Assembly: GCF_043427715.1 (NCBI RefSeq)
Contig: NZ_JBHWTD010000103.1
Location: forward strand, 45,730-109,729
From: Microbacterium sp.
GTDB taxonomy: Bacteria; Actinomycetota; Actinomycetes; Actinomycetales; Microbacteriaceae
Length of the DNA: 64,000 bases
Reading direction: 5' to 3'
Under the pieces are notes generated by a model. That model did not search any database and was not told the origin of the DNA. It saw only the letters and a program-made list of their open reading frames with translations. The first letter of the stretch is position 1, and each line of letters starts with the position of its first letter. Below are positions 11,835-21,070 of this stretch, one piece after another. The translations under genes and the position numbers were made by a program.

Positions 11835-12929
11835 TCAGCCGAGGTAGCTGGTGACCTCGACCTCGCCGGCGATGATCGAGGCCTTCAGGGCTTCGACCTC
11901 CTCTGCGAGGGCGGGGTCGACCTTGTCCGCGAAGTTGTGGAAGTCGGCGATGCCGACGCCCTCGTTCTCGAGCGTGCCGACGTAAGCCTCGGGGTCGAAT
12001 GCACCCTCAGCGGAGGTCAGGACGGCCTGCTGGACGGACAGGTCCATCGACTTCAGGATCGATGTGAGGACGACCTCCTGGGTGGAGGGGTCGGTCTCGT
12101 AGAGGTCGGCGTCGACACCGATCAGGGCGATGTCGCGGCCGGACTCGTCGATCGCCTGGAGCGCCGACTGGTAGATCGGGCCACCGACGGGCAGGAGGAC
12201 GTCGACACCCTGGTCGATGATGTTGACGGCGACCGTCTTGGCCTCCTGGTTGGCCTCGAAGCCACCGGTGAAGGAACCGGTCTTGCCGTTCCAGCCGACG
12301 ACCTCGACGGACGCGTCGTTGACCTTGTTGTAGTGGTCGACGCCCTGCTTGAAGCCGTCCATGAAGATCGTGACCGTCGGGAACTCCATGCCACCGAAGG
12401 TGCCGACCTTGCCGGCCTCCGAGTAGCCGGCCGACAGGTAGCCGGCGAGGAACGCGGCCTCAGCCGTGTTGTAGAGGAGCGGCTTGATGTTGTCCGCGTC
12501 CTTGGTGCCGTCGAAGTCGTTGTCGGCGGCGTCGTCGACCAGGATGAAGTCGATGTCGGGGTTGGCCGTGGCGGCCTCGACCGTGGCTGCCGAAAGGGCG
12601 AAGCCGACCGAGACGATGGCGTTGCAGCCCTCGCCGACCAGGCTCTCGATGTTCGGGGCGAAGTCCGTCTCGCTGTCGGACTGCACCTCCTTGGGCTCCA
12701 CGCCGACCTCGTCGGCGGCGGCGGCGACGCCTTCGTAGGAGAGCTGGTTGAACGACTTGTCGTCGAAACCACCGGCGTCGGAGACGATGCAGGGCAGGAA
12801 GTCGGGAGCCTCAGGCGCTGCCGAGCCCTCGGGGGCGGCCTCGGGAGCCGTGCCGCAGGCGGCGAGCGTGAGGAGGAGCGCAGCGGCGCCCGCGGCGCCG
12901 GAGAGCTTCTTGGTGGTCGAGATGGTCAA
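11835..12929 (-). CDS. BMP-family ABC substrate-binding lipoprotein (nucleoside receptor-like)
   Basis: Lipobox LTLAACG and BMP/PnrA-like sequence. TTG 12929 has GGAGG 5 nt upstream. ATG 12956 is the alternative start. Confidence 0.8.
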   Translation of the reverse strand: MTISTTKKLSGAAGAAALLLTLAACGTAPEAAPEGSAAPEAPDFLPCIVSDAGGFDDKSFNQLSYEGVAAAADEVGVEPKEVQSDSETDFAPNIESLVGEGCNAIVSVGFALSAATVEAATANPDIDFILVDDAADNDFDGTKDADNIKPLLYNTAEAAFLAGYLSAGYSEAGKVGTFGGMEFPTVTIFMDGFKQGVDHYNKVNDASVEVVGWNGKTGSFTGGFEANQEAKTVAVNIIDQGVDVLLPVGGPIYQSALQAIDESGRDIALIGVDADLYETDPSTQEVVLTSILKSMDLSVQQAVLTSAEGAFDPEAYVGTLENEGVGIADFHNFADKVDPALAEEVEALKASIIAGEVEVTSYLG

Positions 12930-12974
12930 TGCAGCCTCCACATTGATGAACCCCACGGATCTCGCGGGGGCATT

Positions 12975-12998
12975 GTGAAAAGTTACCTACTGTTTCAC
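12975..12998. promoter_or_regulatory. Inverted repeat GTGAAA-N12-TTTCAC in an AT-rich island upstream of the nucleoside ABC operon
   Basis: Reads GTGAAAAGTTACCTACTGTTTCAC, about 45 nt upstream of the lipoprotein gene start. GC content drops strongly here. Confidence 0.3.
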
Positions 12999-13092
12999 GT
13001 TTCGCACATGCCGAGAGCGCCCCACAGAGGCAAAGGTTACAAAGCCGCAATCTATCCGACACGCCGTGGCGGCGATCGGTCTCCCGATCGGG

Positions 13093-14208
13093 TCAGAGGA
13101 CGTCGCCGCGACCGGTGACCTTCAAGGCATCCACCACGCTCTTCACGCGCTGGGCGTGCTCGGCGGTGGTGACCAGAAGCGCGTCGTCGGTGTCGACCAC
13201 GACGATGTCCTTGACCCCGATGATGCTGATCACGCGGCTGGTCTGCGACACGACGATCCCGCTCGCGGCGTCGGAGAGGACGCGAGCGTTCTCCCCCAGG
13301 ATGGCGAGGTCGTTGCCGCGCGCGCTGGAGTTGAGTTTGGCGAGGCTCGCGAAGTCGCCCACGTCGTCCCAGTCGAAGTGGCCGGGGACGACGGCGAGCT
13401 TGCCTTTCTCCGCGGCAGGCTCGGCGACGACGTAGTCGATCGCGATCTTCTCGAGCTTGGGCCAGATGCGGTCGACGGCGGGGCCGCGGCGTTCGCGGTC
13501 GTCCCACGCCTCGGCGAGTTCGAGGAGGCCTGCGTGCAAGGCGGGGTTGTTCGCCTCGATCTCGGCCAGCAGCACATCCGCGCGGGCGATGAACATGCCC
13601 GCATTCCAGAGGTACGAACGATCGGTCAGGTACTGCTTGGCCGTTTCGAGGTCGGGCTTCTCCACGAACCGCTCCACGAGGGACGCATCGCGGGCGCCGT
13701 CGACGACGAGTTCATCGCCACGCTTGATGTAGCCGAACCCGACAGCCGGCTCGGTGGGCGCGATGCCGATGGTGACGATGTACCCCTCGCGGGCGACCTC
13801 CACGGCATCCCGCACGGCGAACTCGAACACGCGGGTCCCGCGGATGACGTGGTCGGCCGCGAACGAGCCGATGATGACGTCGGGATGCCGCCGGTGCAGG
13901 ATCGCCGCCGCGAGACCGATCGCGGCGGCGGAGTCGCGGGGCTCGGACTCGAGGATGACGTTCATGTCGGCGATGCCGGGAAGCTGGTCCTCGACGGCCG
14001 CGCGGTGCGCGCGGCCGGTGACGACGGCGATGCGCTCGGGGCCCGAGAGCGGCTCGAGACGATTCCAGGTCTCGCGCAGCAGGGAGTGCCCGGCACCGGT
14101 CAGGTCGTGCAGGAATTTCGGCGCGTCCGCGCGCGACAGCGGCCACAGGCGGGAACCGACGCCTCCGGCGGGGATGACGGCGTAGAAATCGGGGATGTGC
14201 TCGACCAT
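13093..14208 (-). CDS. manC: mannose-1-phosphate guanylyltransferase
   Basis: Nucleotidyltransferase motif AVIPAGGVGSRLWPLSR. Length is 371 aa. Confidence 0.85.
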   Translation of the reverse strand: MVEHIPDFYAVIPAGGVGSRLWPLSRADAPKFLHDLTGAGHSLLRETWNRLEPLSGPERIAVVTGRAHRAAVEDQLPGIADMNVILESEPRDSAAAIGLAAAILHRRHPDVIIGSFAADHVIRGTRVFEFAVRDAVEVAREGYIVTIGIAPTEPAVGFGYIKRGDELVVDGARDASLVERFVEKPDLETAKQYLTDRSYLWNAGMFIARADVLLAEIEANNPALHAGLLELAEAWDDRERRGPAVDRIWPKLEKIAIDYVVAEPAAEKGKLAVVPGHFDWDDVGDFASLAKLNSSARGNDLAILGENARVLSDAASGIVVSQTSRVISIIGVKDIVVVDTDDALLVTTAEHAQRVKSVVDALKVTGRGDVL

Positions 14209-14214
14209 GCTCCG

Positions 14215-14220
14215 AACCTA
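14215..14220 (-). promoter_or_regulatory. -10-like TAGGTT, 6 nt before the manC ATG (leaderless arrangement)
   Basis: The minus strand reads TAGGTT-cggagc-ATG. Confidence 0.45.
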
Positions 14221-14269
14221 ACCGACCAGCGCTGGTCCCCTATGAACGACGACCGCGGGCGCCCGCTCC

Positions 14270-14297
14270 GCAAAGTGTCTCGACATCGAGAGAACTT
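14270..14297 (+). promoter_or_regulatory. Palindromic motif GCAAAGTGTCTCGACATCGAGAGAACTT (sdh copy)
   Basis: Near-identical to the reverse complement of 54714-54740 upstream of icd. The core palindrome is TCTCGA-CA-TCGAGA. Confidence 0.6.
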
Positions 14298-14441
14298 AGG
14301 CCACCCTTCCTCGCCCGCCCCTCGAATCTGTCCGTAGGATGGAAGCCACGCCCGTGTGCGAGGACCGGTGACGTGCGCAGCGATGTGAACGGCCCGAGTC
14401 CCGCTCCGTAGGCGCCCCATCTCACCCAAGGGAGGACGACC

Positions 14442-14876
14442 GTGTCTGCACCAGCACGCGTCACACCGTCGGTAGCTGAGACCACGTCCAAGACCCCGCG
14501 CGGAACGCTGTACCGCGGCAACGAGGGCATGTGGTCGTGGGTGCTGCACCGTATCACCGGCGTCGCCATCTTCTTCTTCCTGCTCGTGCACGTGCTCGAC
14601 ACCGCGTTGATCCGCGTCGCGCCCGACGCGTACGACGCCGTCATCGGCACGTACAAGAACCCGATCATGGGTGTCGGTGAGGTCGCCCTCGTCGGCGCGA
14701 TCGTCTACCACGCCTTCAACGGCCTGCGCATCATCGCGGTCGACCTGTGGCCGTGGGCGACCCGCCACCAGCGCCAGCTCTGGTGGGGTGTGCTCGCTGT
14801 CTGGGCGGTCACCCTCATCGGCTTCTCGGCCCGACACCTGCCCAACGTCTTCTCGCACATGGGAGGTGGCAACTGA
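14442..14876 (+). CDS. sdhC: succinate dehydrogenase cytochrome b subunit
   Basis: GTG 14442 is preceded by GGGAGGA. Three TM helices carry a heme-ligand His context (HRITGVAIFFFLLVHV). It is the first gene of sdhCDAB. Confidence 0.85.
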   Translation: MSAPARVTPSVAETTSKTPRGTLYRGNEGMWSWVLHRITGVAIFFFLLVHVLDTALIRVAPDAYDAVIGTYKNPIMGVGEVALVGAIVYHAFNGLRIIAVDLWPWATRHQRQLWWGVLAVWAVTLIGFSARHLPNVFSHMGGGN

Positions 14877-15334
14877 TGAGCGCCGACACCCTCGCCGCAC
14901 CGCGGAGCCCGCAGAGCTCGGTCCGCTCGTCGGGCCCGAACCTGGAGAAGTGGGGCTGGATCTTCATGCGCGTCTCGGGCGTGCTGCTGATCGTCCTGAT
15001 CTTCGGTCACCTCTTCGCCAACCTCATGGTGGGCGACGGCATCTCCGGTCTCGACTTCGCGTTCGTCGCCGGCAAGCTCGCCAACCCCCTGTGGCAGTGG
15101 TGGGACGTCGCCATGCTCTGGCTGGCATTCATCCACGGCACCAACGGCATGCGCACGATCGTCAACGACTACGTCACGAGTCCCAAGGTCCGCAAGGTCC
15201 TGATCGTCACCCTGTGGGCGGTCGCCGCACTGATGATCATCCTCGGCACGCTGGTCGTCTTCACCTTCGACCCCTGCATCCCCAACCTCAGCGACGCCAG
15301 CATCCTCTCCGAGGCCTGCAAGGCACAGGGCTGA
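14876..15334 (+). CDS. sdhD: succinate dehydrogenase hydrophobic membrane anchor subunit
   Basis: ATG 14876 overlaps the sdhC stop (TGATG). The product [12 protein letters not shown]...[25 protein letters not shown] is a membrane protein. Confidence 0.8.
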   Translation: MSADTLAAPRSPQSSVRSSGPNLEKWGWIFMRVSGVLLIVLIFGHLFANLMVGDGISGLDFAFVAGKLANPLWQWWDVAMLWLAFIHGTNGMRTIVNDYVTSPKVRKVLIVTLWAVAALMIILGTLVVFTFDPCIPNLSDASILSEACKAQG

Positions 15335-15383
15335 GCCGGTCACGCCCCGGCACGCACACGGACAGAACAGAGGCAATACTCAC

Positions 15384-17210
15384 GTGAGCACGCAGACTGC
15401 GGACACCGTCGTCAAGGACGGCGTCCATTACCACCAGTTCGACATCGTCATCGTCGGCGCCGGCGGCGCGGGCATGCGCGCGGCGATCGAGGCCGGCCCC
15501 GGCGCGAAGACGGCCGTCATCACCAAGCTCTACCCCACCCGCAGCCACACCGGTGCGGCACAGGGCGGCATGGCGGCGGCGCTCGCCAACGTCGAAGAGG
15601 ACTCCTGGGAGTGGCACACTTTCGACACCGTCAAGGGCGGCGACTACCTCGTCGACCAGGACGCGGCGGAGATCCTCGCGAAGGAAGCCATCGACGCGGT
15701 CATCGACCTCGAGAACATGGGCCTCCCCTTCAACCGCACCCCGGACGGCAAGATCGACCAGCGTCGCTTCGGCGGCCACACGGCCGACCACGGCAAGAGC
15801 CCGGTGCGCCGCGCCTGCTACGCCGCAGACCGCACCGGCCACATGATCCTGCAGACGCTGTTCCAGAACTGCGTCAAGCTCGGCATCAACTTCTTCAACG
15901 AGTTCTACGCGCTCGACCTCATCACGGTGAAAGACGACGAGGGCAAGACTCAGGTCGCCGGTGTCGTCGCCTACGAACTGGCCACGGGTGACCTGCACGT
16001 CTTCCACTCGAAGGCCGTGATCTTCGCGACCGGCGGGTTCGGCAAGATCTTCAAGACCACCTCGAACGCGCACACCCTCACGGGCGACGGCGTTGGCATC
16101 GTCTGGCGCAAGGGCCTCCCGCTGGAGGACATCGAGTTCTTCCAGTTCCACCCGACGGGCCTCGCCGGCCTCGGCATCCTCCTCACCGAAGGTGCCCGCG
16201 GTGAGGGCGCGATCCTGCGCAACGCGTCGGGTGAGCGCTTCATGGAGCGCTACGCCCCCACCATCAAGGACCTCGCCCCCCGCGACATCGTCGCCCGCTG
16301 CATGGTCAAGGAGGTGCTCGAGGGACGCGGCGCCGGCCCGAACAAGGACTACGTGTACCTCGACTGCACCCACCTCGGTGCGGAAGTCCTCGAGACGAAG
16401 CTCCCCGACATCACCGAGTTCGCGCGCACCTACCTGGGCGTCGACCCGGTCGTCGAGCCGGTGCCGGTCATGCCGACCGCCCACTATGCGATGGGCGGCA
16501 TCCCGACCAACAACGACGGCGAGGTCCTCGCCGACAACACGACCGTCGTCCCCGGCCTCTACGCCGCGGGCGAGTGCGCATGCGTGTCGGTGCACGGCGC
16601 GAACCGCCTCGGCACCAACTCGCTCCTGGACATCAACGTCTTCGGCAAGCGCTCGGGCCGGAACGCCGTCAAGTACGTGCAGACGGCCGACTTCGTGCCC
16701 CTCCCCGAGGACCCCGCCAAGGAGGTCCGCGAGATGATCGAGGGCCTTCGCAGCAACGCCGGAACCGAGCGCGTCGCGACCCTGCGCAAGAAGCTGCAGG
16801 ACGAGATGGACGCGAACGCCCAGGTGTTCCGCACCGAGGAGACCCTGACCAACGTCATGGGCACGATCAACGACCTGCGCGAGCGGTACAAGAACGTGCA
16901 CGTCGACGACAAGGGCAAGCGGTACAACACCGACCTGCTCGAGGCTGTCGAGCTGGGCTTCCTCCTCGACATCGCCGAGATCGTCGCCTACGCGGCGCGC
17001 AACCGCCGCGAGAGCCGCGGTGGGCACATGCGCGAGGACTACCCCGACCGCGACGACGAGAAGTACATGCAGCACACGATGGCGTACCTCACCGGCGACC
17101 CGCACTCCGCCAACCCCGAGGACCACATCCGCCTGGACTGGAAGCCCGTCGTCTTCACGAAGAACGAGAAGGGCGAGTTCAACTACCCGCCGTTGGAGAG
17201 GAAGTACTGA
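15384..17210 (+). CDS. sdhA: succinate dehydrogenase flavoprotein subunit
   Basis: FAD motif [14 protein letters not shown] and covalent-FAD His context [10 protein letters not shown]. Length is 608 aa. Confidence 0.95.
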   Translation: MSTQTADTVVKDGVHYHQFDIVIVGAGGAGMRAAIEAGPGAKTAVITKLYPTRSHTGAAQGGMAAALANVEEDSWEWHTFDTVKGGDYLVDQDAAEILAKEAIDAVIDLENMGLPFNRTPDGKIDQRRFGGHTADHGKSPVRRACYAADRTGHMILQTLFQNCVKLGINFFNEFYALDLITVKDDEGKTQVAGVVAYELATGDLHVFHSKAVIFATGGFGKIFKTTSNAHTLTGDGVGIVWRKGLPLEDIEFFQFHPTGLAGLGILLTEGARGEGAILRNASGERFMERYAPTIKDLAPRDIVARCMVKEVLEGRGAGPNKDYVYLDCTHLGAEVLETKLPDITEFARTYLGVDPVVEPVPVMPTAHYAMGGIPTNNDGEVLADNTTVVPGLYAAGECACVSVHGANRLGTNSLLDINVFGKRSGRNAVKYVQTADFVPLPEDPAKEVREMIEGLRSNAGTERVATLRKKLQDEMDANAQVFRTEETLTNVMGTINDLRERYKNVHVDDKGKRYNTDLLEAVELGFLLDIAEIVAYAARNRRESRGGHMREDYPDRDDEKYMQHTMAYLTGDPHSANPEDHIRLDWKPVVFTKNEKGEFNYPPLERKY

Positions 17211-17980
17211 TGACTCTCGTCGACACCGCCGACGCGCCCGCTGCTCCGTCGGAGTCTGAGGAATCCGGCATCCAGTCGTACCTGGTCACCTTCATCATCC
17301 GCCGGTTCGACCCCGAGGTCGACGCCGAGCCGCGATGGGTGGACTACGACGTCGAGATGTACCCCACCGATCGCGTGCTGGACGCCCTGCACCGCATCAA
17401 GTGGGACGTCGACGGCTCGCTCAGCTTCCGCCGCTCATGCGCGCACGGGATCTGCGGATCGGATGCCATGCGCATCAACGGCCGCAACCGTCTCGCCTGC
17501 AAGACGCTGATCAAGGACCTCGACATCTCGAAGCCGATCTACGTCGAGGCGATCAAGGGTCTGCCGCTGGAGAAGGACCTCATCGTCGACATGGACCCGT
17601 TCTTCGCGTCCTTCCGCGACGTGCAGCCCTTCCTGCAGTCCAACAGCAAGCCCGAGGCGGGCAAGGAGCGCATCCAGTCGATCTCCGACCGGGCGGTCTA
17701 CGACGACACCACCAAGTGCATCCTCTGCGCCGCGTGCACGTCGTCCTGCCCCGTGTTCTGGACCGACGGACAGTACTTCGGCCCCGCGGCGATCGTCAAC
17801 GCGCACCGCTTCATCTTCGACTCGCGTGACGACGCGGGCGACGTGCGCCTCGACATCCTCAACGACAAGGAGGGGGTCTGGCGCTGCCGCACGACCTTCA
17901 ACTGCACCGAGGCCTGCCCCCGCGGCATCGAGATCACCAAGGCGATCGCCGAGGTCAAGCAGGCGGTCCTGCGCGGCTGA
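17210..17980 (+). CDS. sdhB: succinate dehydrogenase iron-sulfur subunit
   Basis: ATG 17210 overlaps the sdhA stop. Three Cys clusters are present (CAHGICGSDAMRINGRNRLAC, CILCAACTSSCP, CRTTFNCTEACP). Confidence 0.95.
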   Translation: MTLVDTADAPAAPSESEESGIQSYLVTFIIRRFDPEVDAEPRWVDYDVEMYPTDRVLDALHRIKWDVDGSLSFRRSCAHGICGSDAMRINGRNRLACKTLIKDLDISKPIYVEAIKGLPLEKDLIVDMDPFFASFRDVQPFLQSNSKPEAGKERIQSISDRAVYDDTTKCILCAACTSSCPVFWTDGQYFGPAAIVNAHRFIFDSRDDAGDVRLDILNDKEGVWRCRTTFNCTEACPRGIEITKAIAEVKQAVLRG

Positions 17981-17989
17981 CCCGACCGA

Positions 17990-17995
17990 TAGCCT
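17990..17995 (+). promoter_or_regulatory. -10-like TAGCCT, 6 nt before the GTG of the yihY-like gene (leaderless arrangement)
   Basis: Reads TAGCCT-cgaggc-GTG. Confidence 0.45.
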
Positions 17996-18001
17996 CGAGG
18001 C

Positions 18002-19156
18002 GTGACCTCGGACGAGACGCCTCCCCTGCGCGAGCGGTGGGAGGCGTCTCGTCTTCGCGGCGCGCTCGACGAGCCGATCGAGCGCGCGACCGTCGTGACG
18101 CGGCGGACGCTCGCCGCCTTCCCGGTCCGGGTGTGGCGGCACTTCCTCCGCAACAACGGGTTCCTGCTCTCGGCGAGCATCAGCTACCAGTCTCTGTTCG
18201 CCATCTTCGCGACCATCTACACCGCGTTCGCCGTGATCGGCATCTGGCTGGGCGGATCGGATGCCGCGACCAGCTGGCTCATCGCGGTGGTGAACTCCTA
18301 CATCCCGGACCTGATCTCCATCGGCGGCCCCGTCCAGCCCGATGACGTGGCCGAGGTGGTGCGAACGAGCGGCGGGGTTCTCGCCGTGACCGGTGCGGTC
18401 GCCCTCGCCGTGGCCGTCTGGACGGCAATCGGCTTCGTGACGTTCACCCGGCGTGCGGTGCGGGACATCTTCGGGCTGCCCTTCGACACACGCAACTATC
18501 TGAAGCTCAAGCTCGGCGACCTCGTCGCCGCGCTCCTGTTCGGGATCGCGCTCGTCATCGGAGCGGGATTCGGTCTGGTCGCGGGCGGTATCGTCGCCCA
18601 GATCTTCGACTGGTTCTCGATCCCCTACGAGGCCCGTGCGATCGACGTGCTCAGCCGCGTGGGATCCGTCGTGGTCGGCTTCGCGGTGAACTCCGCCGCC
18701 CTCATGGCGCTGATCCGCTTCCTCACCGGCACCTCGCTCCCGGCCCGAGCGATCGCCCCCGGGGCGATGTTCGGCGGCGGCGCGCTCAGCCTCCTGCAGT
18801 TGGGGGCGGGATTCCTCGCCGTCTACTCCCCCACCAACCCGCTGCTGGCGACCTTTTCGGTCCTCATCGGGTTCCTCCTGTGGCTGCGACTGGCGGGGAT
18901 CGTCGTCCTCGTGGCGGCCTCCTGGGTGACGGTCTCGGCCGGCGATGCGGGTCTCCCCCTCGTCGTCCCCACCGAGGCGGAGCGGCGCGCAGCGGAGAAG
19001 CGCGCGCTCCGGATCGTCGCCGAGGCGAGGGTGCGCGACGCGGCATCCGCTCTCGAGGATGCGACCTGGTGGCAGCGGCCCGGCGCGCGCCGGAACCTCC
19101 GCGAGGCCCGCGAGCTGCTCGCGCGGGTCTCGGGCGACGCCGCGGAAGGTCGGTGA
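18002..19156 (+). CDS. YihY/BrkB (ribonuclease BN-like) family membrane protein
   Basis: RNNGFLLSASISYQSLFAIFATIY plus multiple TM helices, typical of the YihY family. Confidence 0.75.
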   Translation: MTSDETPPLRERWEASRLRGALDEPIERATVVTRRTLAAFPVRVWRHFLRNNGFLLSASISYQSLFAIFATIYTAFAVIGIWLGGSDAATSWLIAVVNSYIPDLISIGGPVQPDDVAEVVRTSGGVLAVTGAVALAVAVWTAIGFVTFTRRAVRDIFGLPFDTRNYLKLKLGDLVAALLFGIALVIGAGFGLVAGGIVAQIFDWFSIPYEARAIDVLSRVGSVVVGFAVNSAALMALIRFLTGTSLPARAIAPGAMFGGGALSLLQLGAGFLAVYSPTNPLLATFSVLIGFLLWLRLAGIVVLVAASWVTVSAGDAGLPLVVPTEAERRAAEKRALRIVAEARVRDAASALEDATWWQRPGARRNLREARELLARVSGDAAEGR

Positions 19157-19163
19157 CCCGACC

Positions 19164-19169
19164 TAGGCT
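19164..19169 (+). promoter_or_regulatory. -10-like TAGGCT, 7 nt before the xthA GTG (leaderless arrangement)
   Basis: Reads TAGGCT-ggaaggc-GTG. Confidence 0.4.
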
Positions 19170-19176
19170 GGAAGGC

Positions 19177-20019
19177 GTGCCCCGCCGTCTCCGCATCGCC
19201 TCCGTGAACGTCAACGGCATCCGTGCCGCCGCCCGGAAGGGGATGCATGGCTGGCTCGAGAACGCCGACGTCGACGTGCTCACCCTGCAGGAGGTGCGGG
19301 CCGAGGCCGCCGATCTCGCCGCCGCCCTTCCCGGCTGGCACATCGTGAACGACGAAGCGCTCGCCAAGGGGCGCGCCGGCGTCGCGATCGCCGCCCGCGA
19401 GCCGCTGGACGTGTGGCGCATCGAGTTCGGCGACGACACGCTCGACAGCAAGGGCCGCTGGGTCGAAGCCGATATCGACGTGGACGGCGAACACCTTACG
19501 GTCGTCAGCGCGTACGTGTTCACCGGCGAGGACGGCACCGAGAAGCAGGTCGCCAAGTACGCGTTCCTCGATGCGATGGAGCAGCGGATGCCGCAGCTCG
19601 CCGCCGGGCACGCCGTGATCACCGGTGACCTGAACGTGGGGCACCGCGAGTTCGACATCCGCAACTGGAAGGGCAACGTGAAGAAGGCCGGCTTCCTCCC
19701 CCGGGAGCGCGCGTACTTCGACCGCTTCACGGGGCCCGCCGGCGAGACGGTGACGGCGGTCGACGGATCCACCGGCGTGGGACTCGGCTGGAGTGACGTC
19801 GGCCGCACCTTCGCCGGCGAGATCGACGGCCCGTACACGTGGTGGTCGAACCGCGGGAAGGCCTTCGACAACGACACCGGGTGGCGCATCGACTACCACC
19901 TCGCCTCCCCGTCCCTGGCCGGTCGGGTGACCGACTACCGCGTCGTGCGCGCGCCGTCGTGGGACACGCGCTGGAGCGATCACGCCCCCGTGATCGCCGA
20001 CTACACGCTCGGCGCCTGA
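19177..20019 (+). CDS. xthA: exodeoxyribonuclease III (AP endonuclease)
   Basis: VPRRLRIASVNVNGIRAA...DVLTLQEV...WSDHAPV, an ExoIII/EEP family protein. The in-frame upstream part of ORF 18880..20019 overlaps the yihY-like gene and is rejected. Confidence 0.85.
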   Translation: MPRRLRIASVNVNGIRAAARKGMHGWLENADVDVLTLQEVRAEAADLAAALPGWHIVNDEALAKGRAGVAIAAREPLDVWRIEFGDDTLDSKGRWVEADIDVDGEHLTVVSAYVFTGEDGTEKQVAKYAFLDAMEQRMPQLAAGHAVITGDLNVGHREFDIRNWKGNVKKAGFLPRERAYFDRFTGPAGETVTAVDGSTGVGLGWSDVGRTFAGEIDGPYTWWSNRGKAFDNDTGWRIDYHLASPSLAGRVTDYRVVRAPSWDTRWSDHAPVIADYTLGA

Positions 20020-20053
20020 CCCGGGCCGGGGCGGGGCGGCATCCGTTCGCGCC

Positions 20054-20059
20054 TAGGAT
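20054..20059 (+). promoter_or_regulatory. -10-like TAGGAT, 6 nt before the trpS GTG (leaderless arrangement)
   Basis: Reads TAGGAT-tgacgg-GTG. Confidence 0.5.
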
Positions 20060-20065
20060 TGACGG

Positions 20066-21070
20066 GTGAGCAAACCCCGCCTGTACTCCGGAATGCAGCC
20101 CTCCGCCGACTCCCTCCAGATCGGCAACTACATCGGCGCGCTGATGCAGTGGCGGGACCTGCAGGAGGCGTACGAGGCGTTCTTCTCGGTCGTCGACCTG
20201 CACGCGCTCACCCAGCCGAACGACCCTGCCGAGCTTCGTGAGAAGACCCGTCGCACGGCGGCCCAGTACATCGCCGCGGGCATCGAACCGGCCAAGTCGA
20301 CGCTGTACGTGCAGTCGCACGTCCGCGCGCACGCCGAGCTCGCGTGGGTGCTGTCGACGATCACCGGTTTCGGTGAGGCCGGACGGATGACGCAGTTCAA
20401 GGACAAGTCGTCGCGCTACGGGTCCGACGGCACCAATGTGGGCCTGTTCACCTACCCGATCCTGATGGCTGCTGACATCCTGCTCTACCAGGCCGACATC
20501 GTCCCCGTCGGCGACGACCAGAAGCAGCACGTCGAGCTGACCCGCGACCTCGCGGAACGCTTCAACGGCCGCTACGGCGAGGCCTTCCGGGTGCCGATGC
20601 CCGTCATTCAGCAGGACACCGCGCGCATCTACGACCTGCAAAATCCCACCGCGAAGATGTCGAAGTCGGCGGAGACGGATGCCGGTGTGCTGTGGCTGCT
20701 GGACGACCCCTCCGCGTCTGCGAAGAAGATCATGCGGGCCGTGACGGACTCCGAGGGTGTCGTGCGGTACGACCGCGAGAACAAGCCCGGCGTCTCGAAC
20801 CTGCTGGTCATCTACGCAGCCCTCACCGGCCGCCAGATCCCGGCGATCGAGGACGAGTACGCCGGTCGCGGCTACGGCGACTTCAAGAAGGGTCTCGCCG
20901 AGGTCGTCGTGAACGAGTTCGGGCCGGTCCGCGCGCGTGCGCTGGAGCTCCTGGATGACCCCGCCGAGCTCGACCGCGTCCTCGCCGCCAACGCGGAGCG
21001 CGCCGAGGAGGTCGCGGACCGTACCCTCGCCGACGTGTACGACAAGCTGGGTCTGCTGCGTCGTGGCTGA
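20066..21070 (+). CDS. trpS: tryptophan--tRNA ligase
   Basis: Class I aaRS with a KMSKS motif and an N-terminal [19 protein letters not shown] (HIGH region variant). Length is 334 aa. Confidence 0.9.
   Translation: MSKPRLYSGMQPSADSLQIGNYIGALMQWRDLQEAYEAFFSVVDLHALTQPNDPAELREKTRRTAAQYIAAGIEPAKSTLYVQSHVRAHAELAWVLSTITGFGEAGRMTQFKDKSSRYGSDGTNVGLFTYPILMAADILLYQADIVPVGDDQKQHVELTRDLAERFNGRYGEAFRVPMPVIQQDTARIYDLQNPTAKMSKSAETDAGVLWLLDDPSASAKKIMRAVTDSEGVVRYDRENKPGVSNLLVIYAALTGRQIPAIEDEYAGRGYGDFKKGLAEVVVNEFGPVRARALELLDDPAELDRVLAANAERAEEVADRTLADVYDKLGLLRRG

Noticed and set aside
12975-12998. Reading the GTGAAA...TTTCAC repeat as a CRP/GlxR-type (TGTGA-N6-TCACA) or Rex-type site
   Set aside because: The arm spacing (12 nt between hexamers) does not fit either consensus. 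It is kept only as a generic candidate operator or promoter element.
15288-17126. 612-aa minus-strand ORF antisense to sdhA
   Set aside because: It is a shadow ORF opposite a gene with unambiguous SdhA motifs. Its composition is repetitive (V/G/A/D/R/E) and it carries no motif.
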